From: an uncultured virus (IMG/VR IMGVR_UViG_3300032304_000649)
Taxonomy: Duplodnaviria > Heunggongvirae > Uroviricota > Caudoviricetes
Reading direction: 5' to 3' (one strand)
DNA: 64,000 nucleotides
Virus record (IMG/VR): IMGVR_UViG_3300032304_000649
Shown here piece by piece: positions 27,130 through 37,389 of the stretch. The notes beneath the pieces are model-generated. The model did not search any database, was not told the DNA's origin, and saw only the letters and a program-made list of their open reading frames with translations. A program made the position numbers and the translations under genes. How positions within the stretch are numbered: position 1 is the first letter of the stretch; each line of letters opens with the position of its first letter.

Positions 27130-28565
27130 CAGACAAACAAGAACTTATACTAAAAAAGTTCGCACAAAACAACAAACACTGGCCCAAGCAGCAGCTAGAA
27201 GCTGCCATTTGGCAGGTGCGGTGGCATTTACAAGCCTTAGCGCACCAGAGGGAGCCAGAAGATGGTGAGTATGATACGTTTCTTATGTTGGCTGGTCGTG
27301 GATCGGGGAAGACGCACACTGCCAGCCATTGGATTGGCATCCGTGCTTGGCGTTATGACAACACCCGCTGGCTCGTCACCGCTCCCACCTCAAACGATAT
27401 ACGTGCAACTTGTTTCGAGGGGGACTCTGGACTTCTCAATATCATTCCCCCGTCACTCATACGAGACTACAACAAGTCCCTCTTTGAAATTACCCTTACA
27501 AACGGGTCTCTTATCCAAGGAATCCCAGCCTCCGAGCCAGAACGGTATCGTGGTAAGCAATATCACGGCGCCTGGTTCGACGAGCTGTGTGCGTTTGATT
27601 ACATTGACGATGCCTACGATGGCGTACAGTTTACCTTACGTCTACGGGACCCACGCATCCCTCGAGTGCAGCAGATTATTACCACCACTCCCAAGCCAAA
27701 AGAATTAATTGTAGATCTTAACGAAGGGAAAATTGGAGGCGACGTGTATGTGTCCAACGCCTCGTCCTATGACAACCGAGCCAACCTATCAGAAACGTTC
27801 TTCAAACAGCTTGAGACTTACGACGGCACTGATATTGGCCGACAAGAGATCTATGGTGAGATCCTTGACCCGGAGCAGTCGGGTATCATCAAGCGCAAAC
27901 AGTTCCGCCTGTGGCCGGCGAACAAACCCACTCCGACGTTGGAGTATGTTATTGCGTCGTATGATCCGGCGACTTCTGAAAAGACAATGAACGACCCAAC
28001 CGCCTGCACCATTTGGGGCGTGTTTGAACAACTAGACGCCGGCACGGCAATCATACTGCTAGACTCTTGGGACGAGCACCTGTCCTACCCAGAGCTGCGC
28101 AGAAAAGTAATTGACGACTTCAAGGAAGTGGTATACGGTGCGGACAACGACTTTGGCAAAGGCCGAAAAGCTGACCTAATCCTAATGGAAGACAAGTCGG
28201 CGGGTATTTCCCTAATACAAGAACTCCAAGGTGCCGGTGTGCCGGTCAGGGGGTATAACCCTGGCAGAGCGGACAAGGTGCAGCGTCTTAACATTGTTGC
28301 GCCCCTGGTAGCCAAAGGTAAAGTTTGGATACCAGAAGACAACAAACAAAAAGGGGAATACGCAAGCTGGGCAAAACGGTTCTTGCGTCAGGTTTGTTCG
28401 TTCCCAGAAGCGGGCGGGCATGATGACTACGTGGACTCATTGTCTCAGGCGTTGCGTGTGTTGCGTGATTCAGGATGGATCCAACTTGACCCATTACCAG
28501 CAAGGGATTATAGTTATGCCGATGAGGATTACTCCAAGAAGTTTGTTAATCCGTACGCCCAGTAG
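27120..28565 (+). CDS. terL: Terminase large subunit
   Basis: LAGRGSGKT, AWFDEL, TTTPKP, ASYDPA, MEDKSAG, HDDYVDSLSQA. Confidence 0.95.
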   Translation: MPLTDKQELILKKFAQNNKHWPKQQLEAAIWQVRWHLQALAHQREPEDGEYDTFLMLAGRGSGKTHTASHWIGIRAWRYDNTRWLVTAPTSNDIRATCFEGDSGLLNIIPPSLIRDYNKSLFEITLTNGSLIQGIPASEPERYRGKQYHGAWFDELCAFDYIDDAYDGVQFTLRLRDPRIPRVQQIITTTPKPKELIVDLNEGKIGGDVYVSNASSYDNRANLSETFFKQLETYDGTDIGRQEIYGEILDPEQSGIIKRKQFRLWPANKPTPTLEYVIASYDPATSEKTMNDPTACTIWGVFEQLDAGTAIILLDSWDEHLSYPELRRKVIDDFKEVVYGADNDFGKGRKADLILMEDKSAGISLIQELQGAGVPVRGYNPGRADKVQRLNIVAPLVAKGKVWIPEDNKQKGEYASWAKRFLRQVCSFPEAGGHDDYVDSLSQALRVLRDSGWIQLDPLPARDYSYADEDYSKKFVNPYAQ

Positions 28566-28594
28566 GGCGGAATACCCCCATTTATTGCATTAGT
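28565..28594 (+). promoter_or_regulatory. Late promoter GGGCG-N15-TTGCATTAGT
   Basis: Exact motif and spacing. Confidence 0.8.
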
Positions 28595-28600
28595 AGTATT

Positions 28601-28846
28601 ATGAATCCCTTAAAGACTCCACACCAAAAACTAATGGAAGAGGCCGGAATGGCGCCTCATAGTCCGGGCATGTTAAAAACCCCACAACAAATGTTGATTG
28701 AGGAAACTAACGTGGTTCCTAGGTTTGCCGAAGGAAAATCAGTAAAAGACATGCAGGCAGAATTATTTGTGGCAGAAAATCCACAAAACACCGACCCATA
28801 TTCCCATCCAGCTTTAGTAAAAGCCTTTAACCAGTTTTTCAAATAA
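28601..28846 (+). CDS. Hypothetical protein
   Basis: 81 aa with an internal LKTPxQxL repeat. Confidence 0.6.
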   Translation: MNPLKTPHQKLMEEAGMAPHSPGMLKTPQQMLIEETNVVPRFAEGKSVKDMQAELFVAENPQNTDPYSHPALVKAFNQFFK

Positions 28847-28849
28847 AAC

Positions 28850-31675
28850 ATGGCAAATCCAATACTTCCTATGCAGACGGGTGCAAACCTGCCCGGTCTG
28901 GAGAATCAAGAAAACGTCAAAGAAGCTCAGATGCAAGACGTCGAGATGGACTACTACGAGGAAACTCTAGGTCTTGAGCCCAGTGATGTTGAATCGGAAG
29001 TTGTTGAGTTAGAAGATGGTTCGGTTGTTGTAAATTTTCAAGCAAAAGAAGGCCCACGTAAAAATCCAGAGTTCTATGCCAACTTGGCAGAAAGCATGGA
29101 CGAGGGTACATTACAAAATTTAGCCGTTGAGTATTTAGACCTTATTGACGCAGACAAAGAATCACGCACACAAAGAGACAAACAGTATGAAGAAGGATTA
29201 CGAAGAACAGGTCTTGGTAAAGACGCACCAGGCGGTGCCACGTTTGATGGCGCTAGCAAAGTGGTACATCCAGTTATGGCAGAGGCTTGCGTTGATTTCG
29301 CGGCTTCGGCAGCTAAAGAACTTCTTCCGCCAGACGGTTTAGTTAAATCTAACATCAAGGGTGAATCAAACCGCCTAAGAGAAGAAACAGCAGATCGTAA
29401 AGTTAACTTCCTTAACTGGCAGCTAACAGAACAGATTCCAGAGTACCGCGACGAGATGGAGCAGTTACTCACTCAGTTGCCTTTGGGTGGTTCACAGTTT
29501 CTTAAGTGGCGTTGGGACGAAGAACAAAAGCGACCACTGTGCGAATGGGTACCAATTGATAACATTCTGTTACCATACGCGTCTACTAACTTCTACACAG
29601 CGCAACGTGTAACCGAAGTACAAGACATTACCGAAGACACGTTCCTACAACGTGTTGAGCAGGGCATCTACATTGACATCGACAGTGCGTACTCATCTGA
29701 CGCGCCGTTGAACGATCAGACCCAGTCTGAAAAAGCAAACAACAAGATTGAAGGCAAAGACATGCCTTCTAAGAACATTGACGGATTGCGTCGTGTTTAC
29801 GAGATTACATGTTTCATGCGTTTGGAAGAAGACGCAGAGACAGACGGCCAACGCGCCCCTTACATTTTAATGATTGACGAGACCACAAGCAAAGTCTTGG
29901 GTCTGTATCGTAACTGGGAAGCAAATGATGCGAAGTTTGAAAAATTGGACTGGTATGTCGAGTTTAAATTTATCCCTTGGCGTGGCGCTTATGCTATTGG
30001 TCTTCCCCATCTTATTGGCGGCCTTAGCGCTGCTCTCACTGGCGCTCTACGTGCTTTACTTGATGCGGCGCATATTAATAATTCCCAAACACTACTTAAA
30101 CTCAAGGGTGGACGAATTGGTGGCCAAAGCGATCGAATCGAACCTACGCAAGTAGTTGAGATTGAAGGCGCACCTGGAGTAGACGACGTTCGTAAGATTG
30201 CAATGGCTATGCCATTCAATCCACCGTCTTCCGTATTGCTGGAGTTAATGGGATGGTTAACCAATGCAGCTAAAGGCGTAGTAACCACCGCAGAAGAAAA
30301 AATTGGCGACGCTAGTATGGAAACGCCAGTTGGCACTGTGCAGGCACTTATTGAGCAAGGCGCTAAAGTATTCTCTAGCATCCACGCGCGCATGCACCGC
30401 AGCCAGGCTAAATCGTTGGCAATTATTTCCCGTATCAATCACTGGTACTTGTCGGAGATGGACAACCAGTCTGGTGAAGAAATCCAGGTTCGTGACTTTG
30501 CATATAACAGCGACGTACGTCCAGTATCCGATCCTAATATTTTCTCTGAGACACAACGTTTGGCACAAAACCAAGCGCTGTTACAAATGGCTCAGAGCGC
30601 ACCGCCCAATATGTTCGACATTCGTGCGGTATACCGCCGAATCCTTGGACAGCTTAAAGTTCCCGCAATTGATGAGGTCTTACCAAATCCGTTAGGTGCA
30701 AAAGAATCCAATCCAGCGTTGGAAAACGTGTCGATGACTATGGGTCGACCAGCAGCAGCGTACCCCGATCAAGATCACATCAGCCACATCAAGATCCATA
30801 TGCAATACGCTATGGATCCTGCATATGGTGGGAACCCCGTAATTGGTCCGGCGTTTGCGCCCCATGCCCTAGAGCATATCAAACAACATTTAACTTTGCA
30901 CTATCTGCAATCTATGCGTGGTTATGTAGCGCAGGCTTCAGGCGGGCGCGATGTTCTTGAGTTGCACCAAGAAAAGCCATTGGATTTGGAATCACAACAA
31001 GCCTTGGCCTTGGCAGCTCAGTTGGTATCACAAGATGCACAGATGACTATGCAGCCATTTGTTCAACAGATCCAACAGTTGGCACAAAAAGTACAACAAG
31101 CTCAACAGCAACAGCGTCAAGTTCAAGCCGAGTCTGATCCAACCGCTCAAGTTATTCTTAAGACCCAAATGGCTGAAACCCAGCGCAAACAAGCTGAAGC
31201 TCAGGCTAGAATGCAGATGGAAACAGCTAAACATCAGCAAGATTACGAACTTAAGATTGCTGAACTGCAACGTCAAGTGCTTGACCTACAGGCTAAGTAC
31301 GAAACTCAGGCTACTATTGACTCACAGAAGAACGCAACCCAAATTGCACTGGCGGACATTAACAACTCAGCTAAAGAACGTGTAGCGTCAATTACAGCCG
31401 GCGCCGGTTTGGCTGCTGACCATCTTGCTATGCAGCGAGAGCAAAATGAACTAGCCATCCAGGCAACTAACGAAGCCGAACGTAGCATTCGTGACCATGG
31501 CATCGAAATAGAAAAACAACGTTTTGCACATGAAACCCAAATGGCACAAAAACAAGCTGATGCTATGTTAGCGCAACAGCAAGCGGCAATAGATACACAA
31601 AACCAAGCAACACTGCAACAACAACAAGCAAGTTTACAACCACCCACACCCCCAACAGGAGCAACAAATGTCTGA
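28850..31675 (+). CDS. Portal protein with a long Gln-rich coiled-coil C-terminus
   Basis: 941 aa after TerL; VVHPVMAEAC..GLPHLIGGL..ETPVGTVQALIEQG; position and size fit a P22-like portal. Confidence 0.8.
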   Translation: MANPILPMQTGANLPGLENQENVKEAQMQDVEMDYYEETLGLEPSDVESEVVELEDGSVVVNFQAKEGPRKNPEFYANLAESMDEGTLQNLAVEYLDLIDADKESRTQRDKQYEEGLRRTGLGKDAPGGATFDGASKVVHPVMAEACVDFAASAAKELLPPDGLVKSNIKGESNRLREETADRKVNFLNWQLTEQIPEYRDEMEQLLTQLPLGGSQFLKWRWDEEQKRPLCEWVPIDNILLPYASTNFYTAQRVTEVQDITEDTFLQRVEQGIYIDIDSAYSSDAPLNDQTQSEKANNKIEGKDMPSKNIDGLRRVYEITCFMRLEEDAETDGQRAPYILMIDETTSKVLGLYRNWEANDAKFEKLDWYVEFKFIPWRGAYAIGLPHLIGGLSAALTGALRALLDAAHINNSQTLLKLKGGRIGGQSDRIEPTQVVEIEGAPGVDDVRKIAMAMPFNPPSSVLLELMGWLTNAAKGVVTTAEEKIGDASMETPVGTVQALIEQGAKVFSSIHARMHRSQAKSLAIISRINHWYLSEMDNQSGEEIQVRDFAYNSDVRPVSDPNIFSETQRLAQNQALLQMAQSAPPNMFDIRAVYRRILGQLKVPAIDEVLPNPLGAKESNPALENVSMTMGRPAAAYPDQDHISHIKIHMQYAMDPAYGGNPVIGPAFAPHALEHIKQHLTLHYLQSMRGYVAQASGGRDVLELHQEKPLDLESQQALALAAQLVSQDAQMTMQPFVQQIQQLAQKVQQAQQQQRQVQAESDPTAQVILKTQMAETQRKQAEAQARMQMETAKHQQDYELKIAELQRQVLDLQAKYETQATIDSQKNATQIALADINNSAKERVASITAGAGLAADHLAMQREQNELAIQATNEAERSIRDHGIEIEKQRFAHETQMAQKQADAMLAQQQAAIDTQNQATLQQQQASLQPPTPPTGATNV

Positions 31676-32125
31676 TGAGAATTTAAAAGGTTTTCGCCAA
31701 GTTTACCAAGAAACTGGCAACATGGGTTACGGCGGCGGTCCTGGTGAAAAAACCATCGACAAAGGCCCATCCGGCAGCCATCGTGATAACAACTGGAAAA
31801 AAGGCGCAGCCCAAAACAAAATGGCCAAAGATTGCAAAGTTGGCCAAGATAAAAACCTCAAAGATATTGGCGGCGGCAATTTTTATTGATTTTAGGGCGG
31901 ATTCCTTCATAACCTTGCATTAGTAAAATTATGAAGGACTTTATATCTGAAATTATTTCGCGTACGCGAGACGAACAAGCAAAACTGGCGATTACTCTTA
32001 CCGCCGGCATTAATGTTAATTCTTTTGATGATTACCAGCGTTTAGTTGGTAGATTTGAGGGATTTAAAGAAATTTTAGACATCATTGATGAAATTTTAAG
32101 AGAAGACGACGAAGACGAATCGTAA
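31668..32125 (+). CDS. Two small hypothetical genes (31668-31889, 31931-32125)
   Basis: Head-cluster ORFs. Confidence 0.6.
31895..31924 (+). promoter_or_regulatory. Late promoter GGGCG-N15-TTGCATTAGT
   Basis: Exact motif and spacing. Confidence 0.8.
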
Positions 32126-32147
32126 GATTTAAGAAAGGAGATGCCGC

Positions 32148-32588
32148 ATGGCATTTGATTTATCACAAAAAGAAGACCCAGATCTTCGCTCGGAAGCGGA
32201 ATGCTTTCCGGACATTGATCCAGGTATTGAAGTAGCCGGAGACCGTGTTTTAGTGCAGTTACGACGGGAGAAGGACAGAAGCAAGGGCGGAATCATTTTA
32301 GTTGATGAAACCCGGCAAACGTTACGTTTCAATGAGACTGTAGCTAAAGTACGCCAGATTGGCCCACTAGCATATAAGTCGCCAGATACCCTAGAGCCTT
32401 GGATTGAAGGCCCTTGGTGCAAAGAAGGCGATTTGGTTAGAACCATCAAGTACGGCGGTGACCGTTTTGTTGTTAATCCGGATGATGAAGGCGCCCCCGT
32501 GGTGTTTATTACCATCCAAGCACGTGAAATCATCTCACGCATTAAGTCGTTTGACCATGCGCAGAAGATGAAAGCGTTTGTAGACTAA
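32148..32588 (+). CDS. GroES-like co-chaperonin
   Basis: GDRVLVQ..SKGGIIL..KVRQIGP..CKEGDLV..KYGG. Confidence 0.85.
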   Translation: MAFDLSQKEDPDLRSEAECFPDIDPGIEVAGDRVLVQLRREKDRSKGGIILVDETRQTLRFNETVAKVRQIGPLAYKSPDTLEPWIEGPWCKEGDLVRTIKYGGDRFVVNPDDEGAPVVFITIQAREIISRIKSFDHAQKMKAFVD

Positions 32589-32603
32589 TTTTGAAAGAAA
32601 ATT

Positions 32604-33593
32604 ATGGCAGATAATGAAAAAGACATACCCGTCAAAGAACAAACTGACGGCAGCGCACTGGTAGCGTATGAAATGGAACCAGATCCTCTTGCTGATGCTG
32701 AAGAAGAGCCTAAAAAAGAAGTAAAGGCAGAAGAAACGGACGAAGAGCCAGATGAAGATCAAGAAGATTCTTCAAATGAGCAAGACGAAGACGAAACAGA
32801 CGAAGATCGGGAACGGATTCGTGAAGCACGCAGAGAAGAGCGTCGGCTAAAGAAAGAATTATCTAAACAGCGCGACGCAACAGCTCGTAACAAGATTAGC
32901 GCACTTGAGCGCCGCAACGCTGAGTTGGCTGAACGTTTAGCCAAAGTAGAAAACGCAGCAGCATCTTATCAATTTGCACAACTAGATAAGTCCATCGAAG
33001 ATGAGGCTACCAGAGTTGAGTATGCAAAAATGAAAATGTTGCAAGCCGCGCAATCTGGCGATGCAGCAGGTCAAGTTGAGTTTTTAGAGCAATTGACAGA
33101 CGCTAAAGAGCGTTTGAAACAAGCTCAGTATTACAAAAAACAACAGCTCGAGCAGGCAAAAGCCCCTAGGCAAAACGTACCAAACGAAATTAGCACCGAA
33201 GTGCAATATAATGCAACTCAGTGGTTAAAGAAAAACTCTTGGTACGATCCGCAGGCTCGAGATACAGATAGTAGAATCGCCAAGGTAATTGATCAAGAAC
33301 TCGCAGCAGATGGTTGGGATCCAAGTGATTCCGAGTACTGGGAAGAGTTAGACAATCGTTTATCGGCACGTCTGCCACACCGCTACACTTCAAAAGGCGG
33401 TCAGCAAACCCGTAGAGCGGGCCCAACGGCTTCTAGCCGGGTGGCAAATACAACCAGCGCAAAGCCTGGAACCATTACGCTAAGTCGTGAGCGCGTTCAG
33501 GCAATTAAAGACGCTGGCTCGTGGGACGATGTTGAGAAACGAAACAAAATGATCCGCGCATACGCATCGTATGATCGCGCTAACAAAGGATAA
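32604..33593 (+). CDS. Probable scaffolding protein
   Basis: Acidic N-terminus, coiled coil, position before the capsid genes. Confidence 0.6.
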   Translation: MADNEKDIPVKEQTDGSALVAYEMEPDPLADAEEEPKKEVKAEETDEEPDEDQEDSSNEQDEDETDEDRERIREARREERRLKKELSKQRDATARNKISALERRNAELAERLAKVENAAASYQFAQLDKSIEDEATRVEYAKMKMLQAAQSGDAAGQVEFLEQLTDAKERLKQAQYYKKQQLEQAKAPRQNVPNEISTEVQYNATQWLKKNSWYDPQARDTDSRIAKVIDQELAADGWDPSDSEYWEELDNRLSARLPHRYTSKGGQQTRRAGPTASSRVANTTSAKPGTITLSRERVQAIKDAGSWDDVEKRNKMIRAYASYDRANKG

Positions 33594-33598
33594 TTATC

Positions 33599-34153
33599 AT
33601 GGCAAATACAAGAATCAAACGCGACTTAGAAGATCGTTTAATAGATCGAGTCGAAGAAGTAAAAGATCGTATGGCATCGGAAGATCCAAACGCAAAATCA
33701 AAGCGCGAACGTGCAGAAGCGTTCAGAGATAAGTGGCAAAATAGCGCGTTGCCAGACCTTCCAGGGGGAATAATTCCTGGATTCCATTTGTGCTGGTTAT
33801 CCACCACAAATAATTATGACAGTATCGACAAACGCATGGCGTTGGGTTATGAGCCAGTGAAAGCCGCCGAATTAGGAAAAGGCTTTGAATCGCTAGGTAA
33901 AATGAGCTCGGGCAAGTTTGAAGGCTGTGTTAGCTGTAACGAAATGGTTCTCTTTAAATTACCAGAAGAAATCTATCAGGAAGTGATGCGTATGCTGCAC
34001 CTTGAGGATCCCCTCGAGCACCAGCGTAACATTACCGCAAACGTCCGGAGCACTGCTCAGGAAGGTAAAGGCGGTAGATCAATTCTTGAGGGTGGAATTT
34101 TGGAAATGGACAAAGAGGCCGCAAAGGCGAATAGTAATATTCGTTTCTCATAA
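33599..34153 (+). CDS. Hypothetical head-cluster protein
   Basis: 184-aa ORF. Confidence 0.65.
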   Translation: MANTRIKRDLEDRLIDRVEEVKDRMASEDPNAKSKRERAEAFRDKWQNSALPDLPGGIIPGFHLCWLSTTNNYDSIDKRMALGYEPVKAAELGKGFESLGKMSSGKFEGCVSCNEMVLFKLPEEIYQEVMRMLHLEDPLEHQRNITANVRSTAQEGKGGRSILEGGILEMDKEAAKANSNIRFS

Positions 34154-34186
34154 CATTCTTCAAAAATTAACAAAGGAAAACTATAA

Positions 34187-34849
34187 ATGTCCACAACATT
34201 TAAACCCTTTGGTCTGAAGCCGGTGTATCATCCAAGTGGTCTTGATCGTGCTGTTCCATTCGTTGGAACCAACACTTTCGTCACTGGTACTACATTTACA
34301 GCTCCTTACTCTTTGAGTGCTGGCGAAACTTTTTACCAGTACCAACCAGTAAGTCTTACCGCTTCGGGTCAATTGACCATTGCAAACCAAACCGCTGCCT
34401 CTGGCACCGTATATGGCGTATTTGACGGTGTAGAATATACAACCGCTGAAGGCCGTCGTACTGTTGGCAAGTCTGCATCTAAGGCAACTTTAGACGCAGC
34501 TACTCAAATCGTATTTTGGATCTTCGCAGACCCATCACTCGTTTATGAGGCTCAAGTAAACGGTTCAGCATCAACCGCCTCTATCGGTCGTCAGTACAAC
34601 TTTGATACAACCACAGGTTCAAGAGTAACCGACGGTTATACCATTGGTACAGGTGGCGCAGGCTTCTCCACCACAGCATTGTTGGCAACTCCTGTTGCTA
34701 CCACTGTTCAAGGACAAGTTCGCGTAGTAGGTCTAGGCCGTGAAGTAGCTTACCCAACAGGCGAATTAAACGCTTGGGGTGACACTTACACGATTGTTCA
34801 GGTCCAAATCGCTAACAACACGTTTGTTGCGCCTAAGGTCTCGATTTAA
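34187..34849 (+). CDS. Probable capsid decoration/minor head protein
   Basis: PFGLKPV..GVFDGVEY; beta-rich, immediately before the major capsid gene. Confidence 0.6.
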   Translation: MSTTFKPFGLKPVYHPSGLDRAVPFVGTNTFVTGTTFTAPYSLSAGETFYQYQPVSLTASGQLTIANQTAASGTVYGVFDGVEYTTAEGRRTVGKSASKATLDAATQIVFWIFADPSLVYEAQVNGSASTASIGRQYNFDTTTGSRVTDGYTIGTGGAGFSTTALLATPVATTVQGQVRVVGLGREVAYPTGELNAWGDTYTIVQVQIANNTFVAPKVSI

Positions 34850-34871
34850 TTAACAACGAAAGGAACTAAAC

Positions 34872-35789
34872 ATGGCAACCCCAATGCGTAGTACAGACTT
34901 TCGTGCGGTAGTCGAGCCGATTATCAACGAAGTCTTTGATGGCGTTTATGAACAACGCGCTGACGAGTGGAAGGGATTTGTAGAGCAGATCCAAGGTATT
35001 CCACGTAATTATCACGAAGAAGTAATGCTGTTCGGTATGAATGCCGCACCTGCGATGCCTGACGGAACTCCTGTCAGCTATGACCAGGGTGGTACTCTGT
35101 ACATCACACGTTTCATCTATCAAATCTATGGCTTGGCATATGCCTTGACCAAGGTATTGATGGAAGACGGTGATCACATCCGTATCGGCAGCACCTTCGC
35201 CAAGCACTTAGCTCAGTCTATGATTGAGACCAAAGAGACATTGTGCGCTAACTTATTAAACTTTGCATTCACAGCCGGCTATGTTGGCGGTGATGGCGTA
35301 ACTTTAGTAAACACAGCCCACCCTGTAGCTAACGGTCTGACATACAGCAACCAGTTAAGCACTGCTGCTAGCTTGTCACAAACTTCTGTTGAGCAAATGC
35401 TCATCCAGATCCGTTCTGCAATCGACAACAACGGTAAACGTATCCGTTTGAAGGCAGAGCAGTTAGTAGTTCCACCAGCACTCGAGTTCCAGGCAGAGGT
35501 AATCCTCAAGTCTGTTCTTCGTTCTGGTACTGCTGACAACGATCTCAACCCAATCAAGTCCACTGGAATGCTTCCAAAGGGTACACACGTTGTAACCCGT
35601 TTGAGCTCTTCCAAGGCATGGTGGGTACAGACCGATGCTGAGAATGGTCTCATGCTCGTAATGCGTCGTCCAATGGAGAAATCCATGGAAGGCGACTTCG
35701 AGACTGATTCTATGCGCTACAAAGCCACCGAGCGTTATGCGACCGGCTGGCACGATGCCCGTAACATCTACGGCACCGCTGGCGTTTAA
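34872..35789 (+). CDS. Major capsid protein (Mu gpT-like HK97 fold)
   Basis: GGDGV..HP; LVVPPALEF; GTADNDLN; YKATERY..GW.D.R.IYG; strong RBS and terminator. Confidence 0.85.
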   Translation: MATPMRSTDFRAVVEPIINEVFDGVYEQRADEWKGFVEQIQGIPRNYHEEVMLFGMNAAPAMPDGTPVSYDQGGTLYITRFIYQIYGLAYALTKVLMEDGDHIRIGSTFAKHLAQSMIETKETLCANLLNFAFTAGYVGGDGVTLVNTAHPVANGLTYSNQLSTAASLSQTSVEQMLIQIRSAIDNNGKRIRLKAEQLVVPPALEFQAEVILKSVLRSGTADNDLNPIKSTGMLPKGTHVVTRLSSSKAWWVQTDAENGLMLVMRRPMEKSMEGDFETDSMRYKATERYATGWHDARNIYGTAGV

Positions 35790-35808
35790 TTAGCACCTTC
35801 GTAGTTCT

Positions 35809-35837
35809 AAAAGCCACCCCACAAGGGTGGCTTTTTT
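35809..35837 (+). terminator. Rho-independent terminator
   Basis: AAAAGCCACCC-CACAA-GGGTGGCTTTTTT. Confidence 0.85.
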
Positions 35838-35845
35838 ACTATTTG

Positions 35846-35875
35846 GGGCGGTTTTTATGTTTAATTTGCATTAGT
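35846..35875 (+). promoter_or_regulatory. Late promoter GGGCG-N15-TTGCATTAGT
   Basis: Exact motif and spacing. Confidence 0.8.
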
Positions 35876-35970
35876 AGTTATAGGAAGATTAATCCCATCC
35901 TGACCACCGACCCTTCCCGGTGAGACGACTCAGAGACAGTTTGGGATACCCACTGAGATAAGGAAACATC

Positions 35971-36543
35971 ATGTCTAGCACATTTACATCCCCTATTCGC
36001 GTATTTAAGCGTAACAACCCAACAAACGACGGCACAATTGCTCCAGATAACACTGGCGCCGTTCGTATCAGCCAACAAGACGTAATTTTAAATCCAATTA
36101 CGGCCGTAACCGCTGTAGCTACCACACTAACAACAGCCCCTGTTGGCACAACCACGGCGGTTCCTTTTGTAATACCCGCCGGCTCGATCATTGAGTCATT
36201 TTCTCTTTATCAAACCACAGTCCCCGTTGGTTTAACTGGTGGCGTGATCACTATGTCTATTAGCATCACCAACCCATCAACTGGCGCTGTGACTACTACC
36301 GCTCTCGGCACAATTACCCCAACAGCGGCCGGTGGCCGTATCGCTGGTGTGTTTACCGCTAGTGCTGCTGTTGCCACTATTATTGCTAACATTGGCCCAC
36401 TTGACGCAACATTGACATTCTCCGCAGCAGCAGTGACAGTATTGACAAGCGGCACATTGGGCGGCACATTGGATGTTAACTACACGGCACGTAACGCTGA
36501 TGGTTCGATCATTGCCTACGGTTCTGGTTATACAAATAACTAA
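35971..36543 (+). CDS. Virion structural protein
   Basis: Thr/Ala-rich beta protein after the capsid gene. Confidence 0.65.
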   Translation: MSSTFTSPIRVFKRNNPTNDGTIAPDNTGAVRISQQDVILNPITAVTAVATTLTTAPVGTTTAVPFVIPAGSIIESFSLYQTTVPVGLTGGVITMSISITNPSTGAVTTTALGTITPTAAGGRIAGVFTASAAVATIIANIGPLDATLTFSAAAVTVLTSGTLGGTLDVNYTARNADGSIIAYGSGYTNN

Positions 36544-36589
36544 TTAAGACGGCGGGGCAACCCGCCTCTTTCACCGTCTAGGAGAAATA

Positions 36590-37387
36590 ATGTCAGCAAG
36601 ACCATCAAATACATTCGTATCACCCCCACACTCCGTAACCGTCCAAGGCGCTTACGAGCCATTTAACCTTCAAGTAGCTCGTGGTCAAATCATGGGTCAC
36701 TCTGGTTTTTCTATTTTTGGATACAATCCAGACTTAGACACATCAGAGGAATCCGTTTGGCCAGATGGTGGTACAGTACCACACCCAACGACAGCTTCTG
36801 TATTATCTATTGTTTCAACAAGCACAGACGACGACGGCAGTCCTGCGGGCACTGGCGCACGTACAGTTTACATTGAAGGCGTAAACGGCAACTATAATGT
36901 TGTTAGTGAAACAGTTGTTTTAAATGGAACAACGGCGGTTTCAACAACAAATTCATACTTGTATATTAATTTCTTTTACGTAGCCACAGTGGGAAGTGGT
37001 GGCGCTAACGCAGGTGAGATTACAGCAAAAGTAAGCACAACTTTGTATGACCTTATTGCAACAGGGTATAACAACAGCGTAACAGCTCACTATTGTGTGC
37101 CAGCCGGATACACTGCGTATTTAGTGGAAGGCAGCATTAGTGCAGGACAAGCATCTGGCTCATCATCTGTTACCGGGTTTTTAAAACAACACGGACCCGA
37201 TGGAATTTTACGTATTGCTGCTGTTACAACACTAAACAACGGTTTTGCTAACTACAATTTCCAATTTCCAATCGTAGTTCCAGAAAAGAACTGTATTGGC
37301 GCGACGGCAATTGGTGCGGCTGCAAACAACTCAGTCAGTGCGTATTTTAATATTGTATTAATTAAGAACGATAGTCAAGCGGCCTAA
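36590..37387 (+). CDS. Virion structural protein
   Basis: 265 aa, GTGARTV..GYTAY. Confidence 0.65.
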   Translation: MSARPSNTFVSPPHSVTVQGAYEPFNLQVARGQIMGHSGFSIFGYNPDLDTSEESVWPDGGTVPHPTTASVLSIVSTSTDDDGSPAGTGARTVYIEGVNGNYNVVSETVVLNGTTAVSTTNSYLYINFFYVATVGSGGANAGEITAKVSTTLYDLIATGYNNSVTAHYCVPAGYTAYLVEGSISAGQASGSSSVTGFLKQHGPDGILRIAAVTTLNNGFANYNFQFPIVVPEKNCIGATAIGAAANNSVSAYFNIVLIKNDSQAA

Positions 37388-37389
37388 AC

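Noticed and set aside
28565..28594. TTGCA motif as a sigma54 -12 element
   Set aside because: The required GG-N10-GC spacing is absent; the conserved GGGCG lies further upstream.
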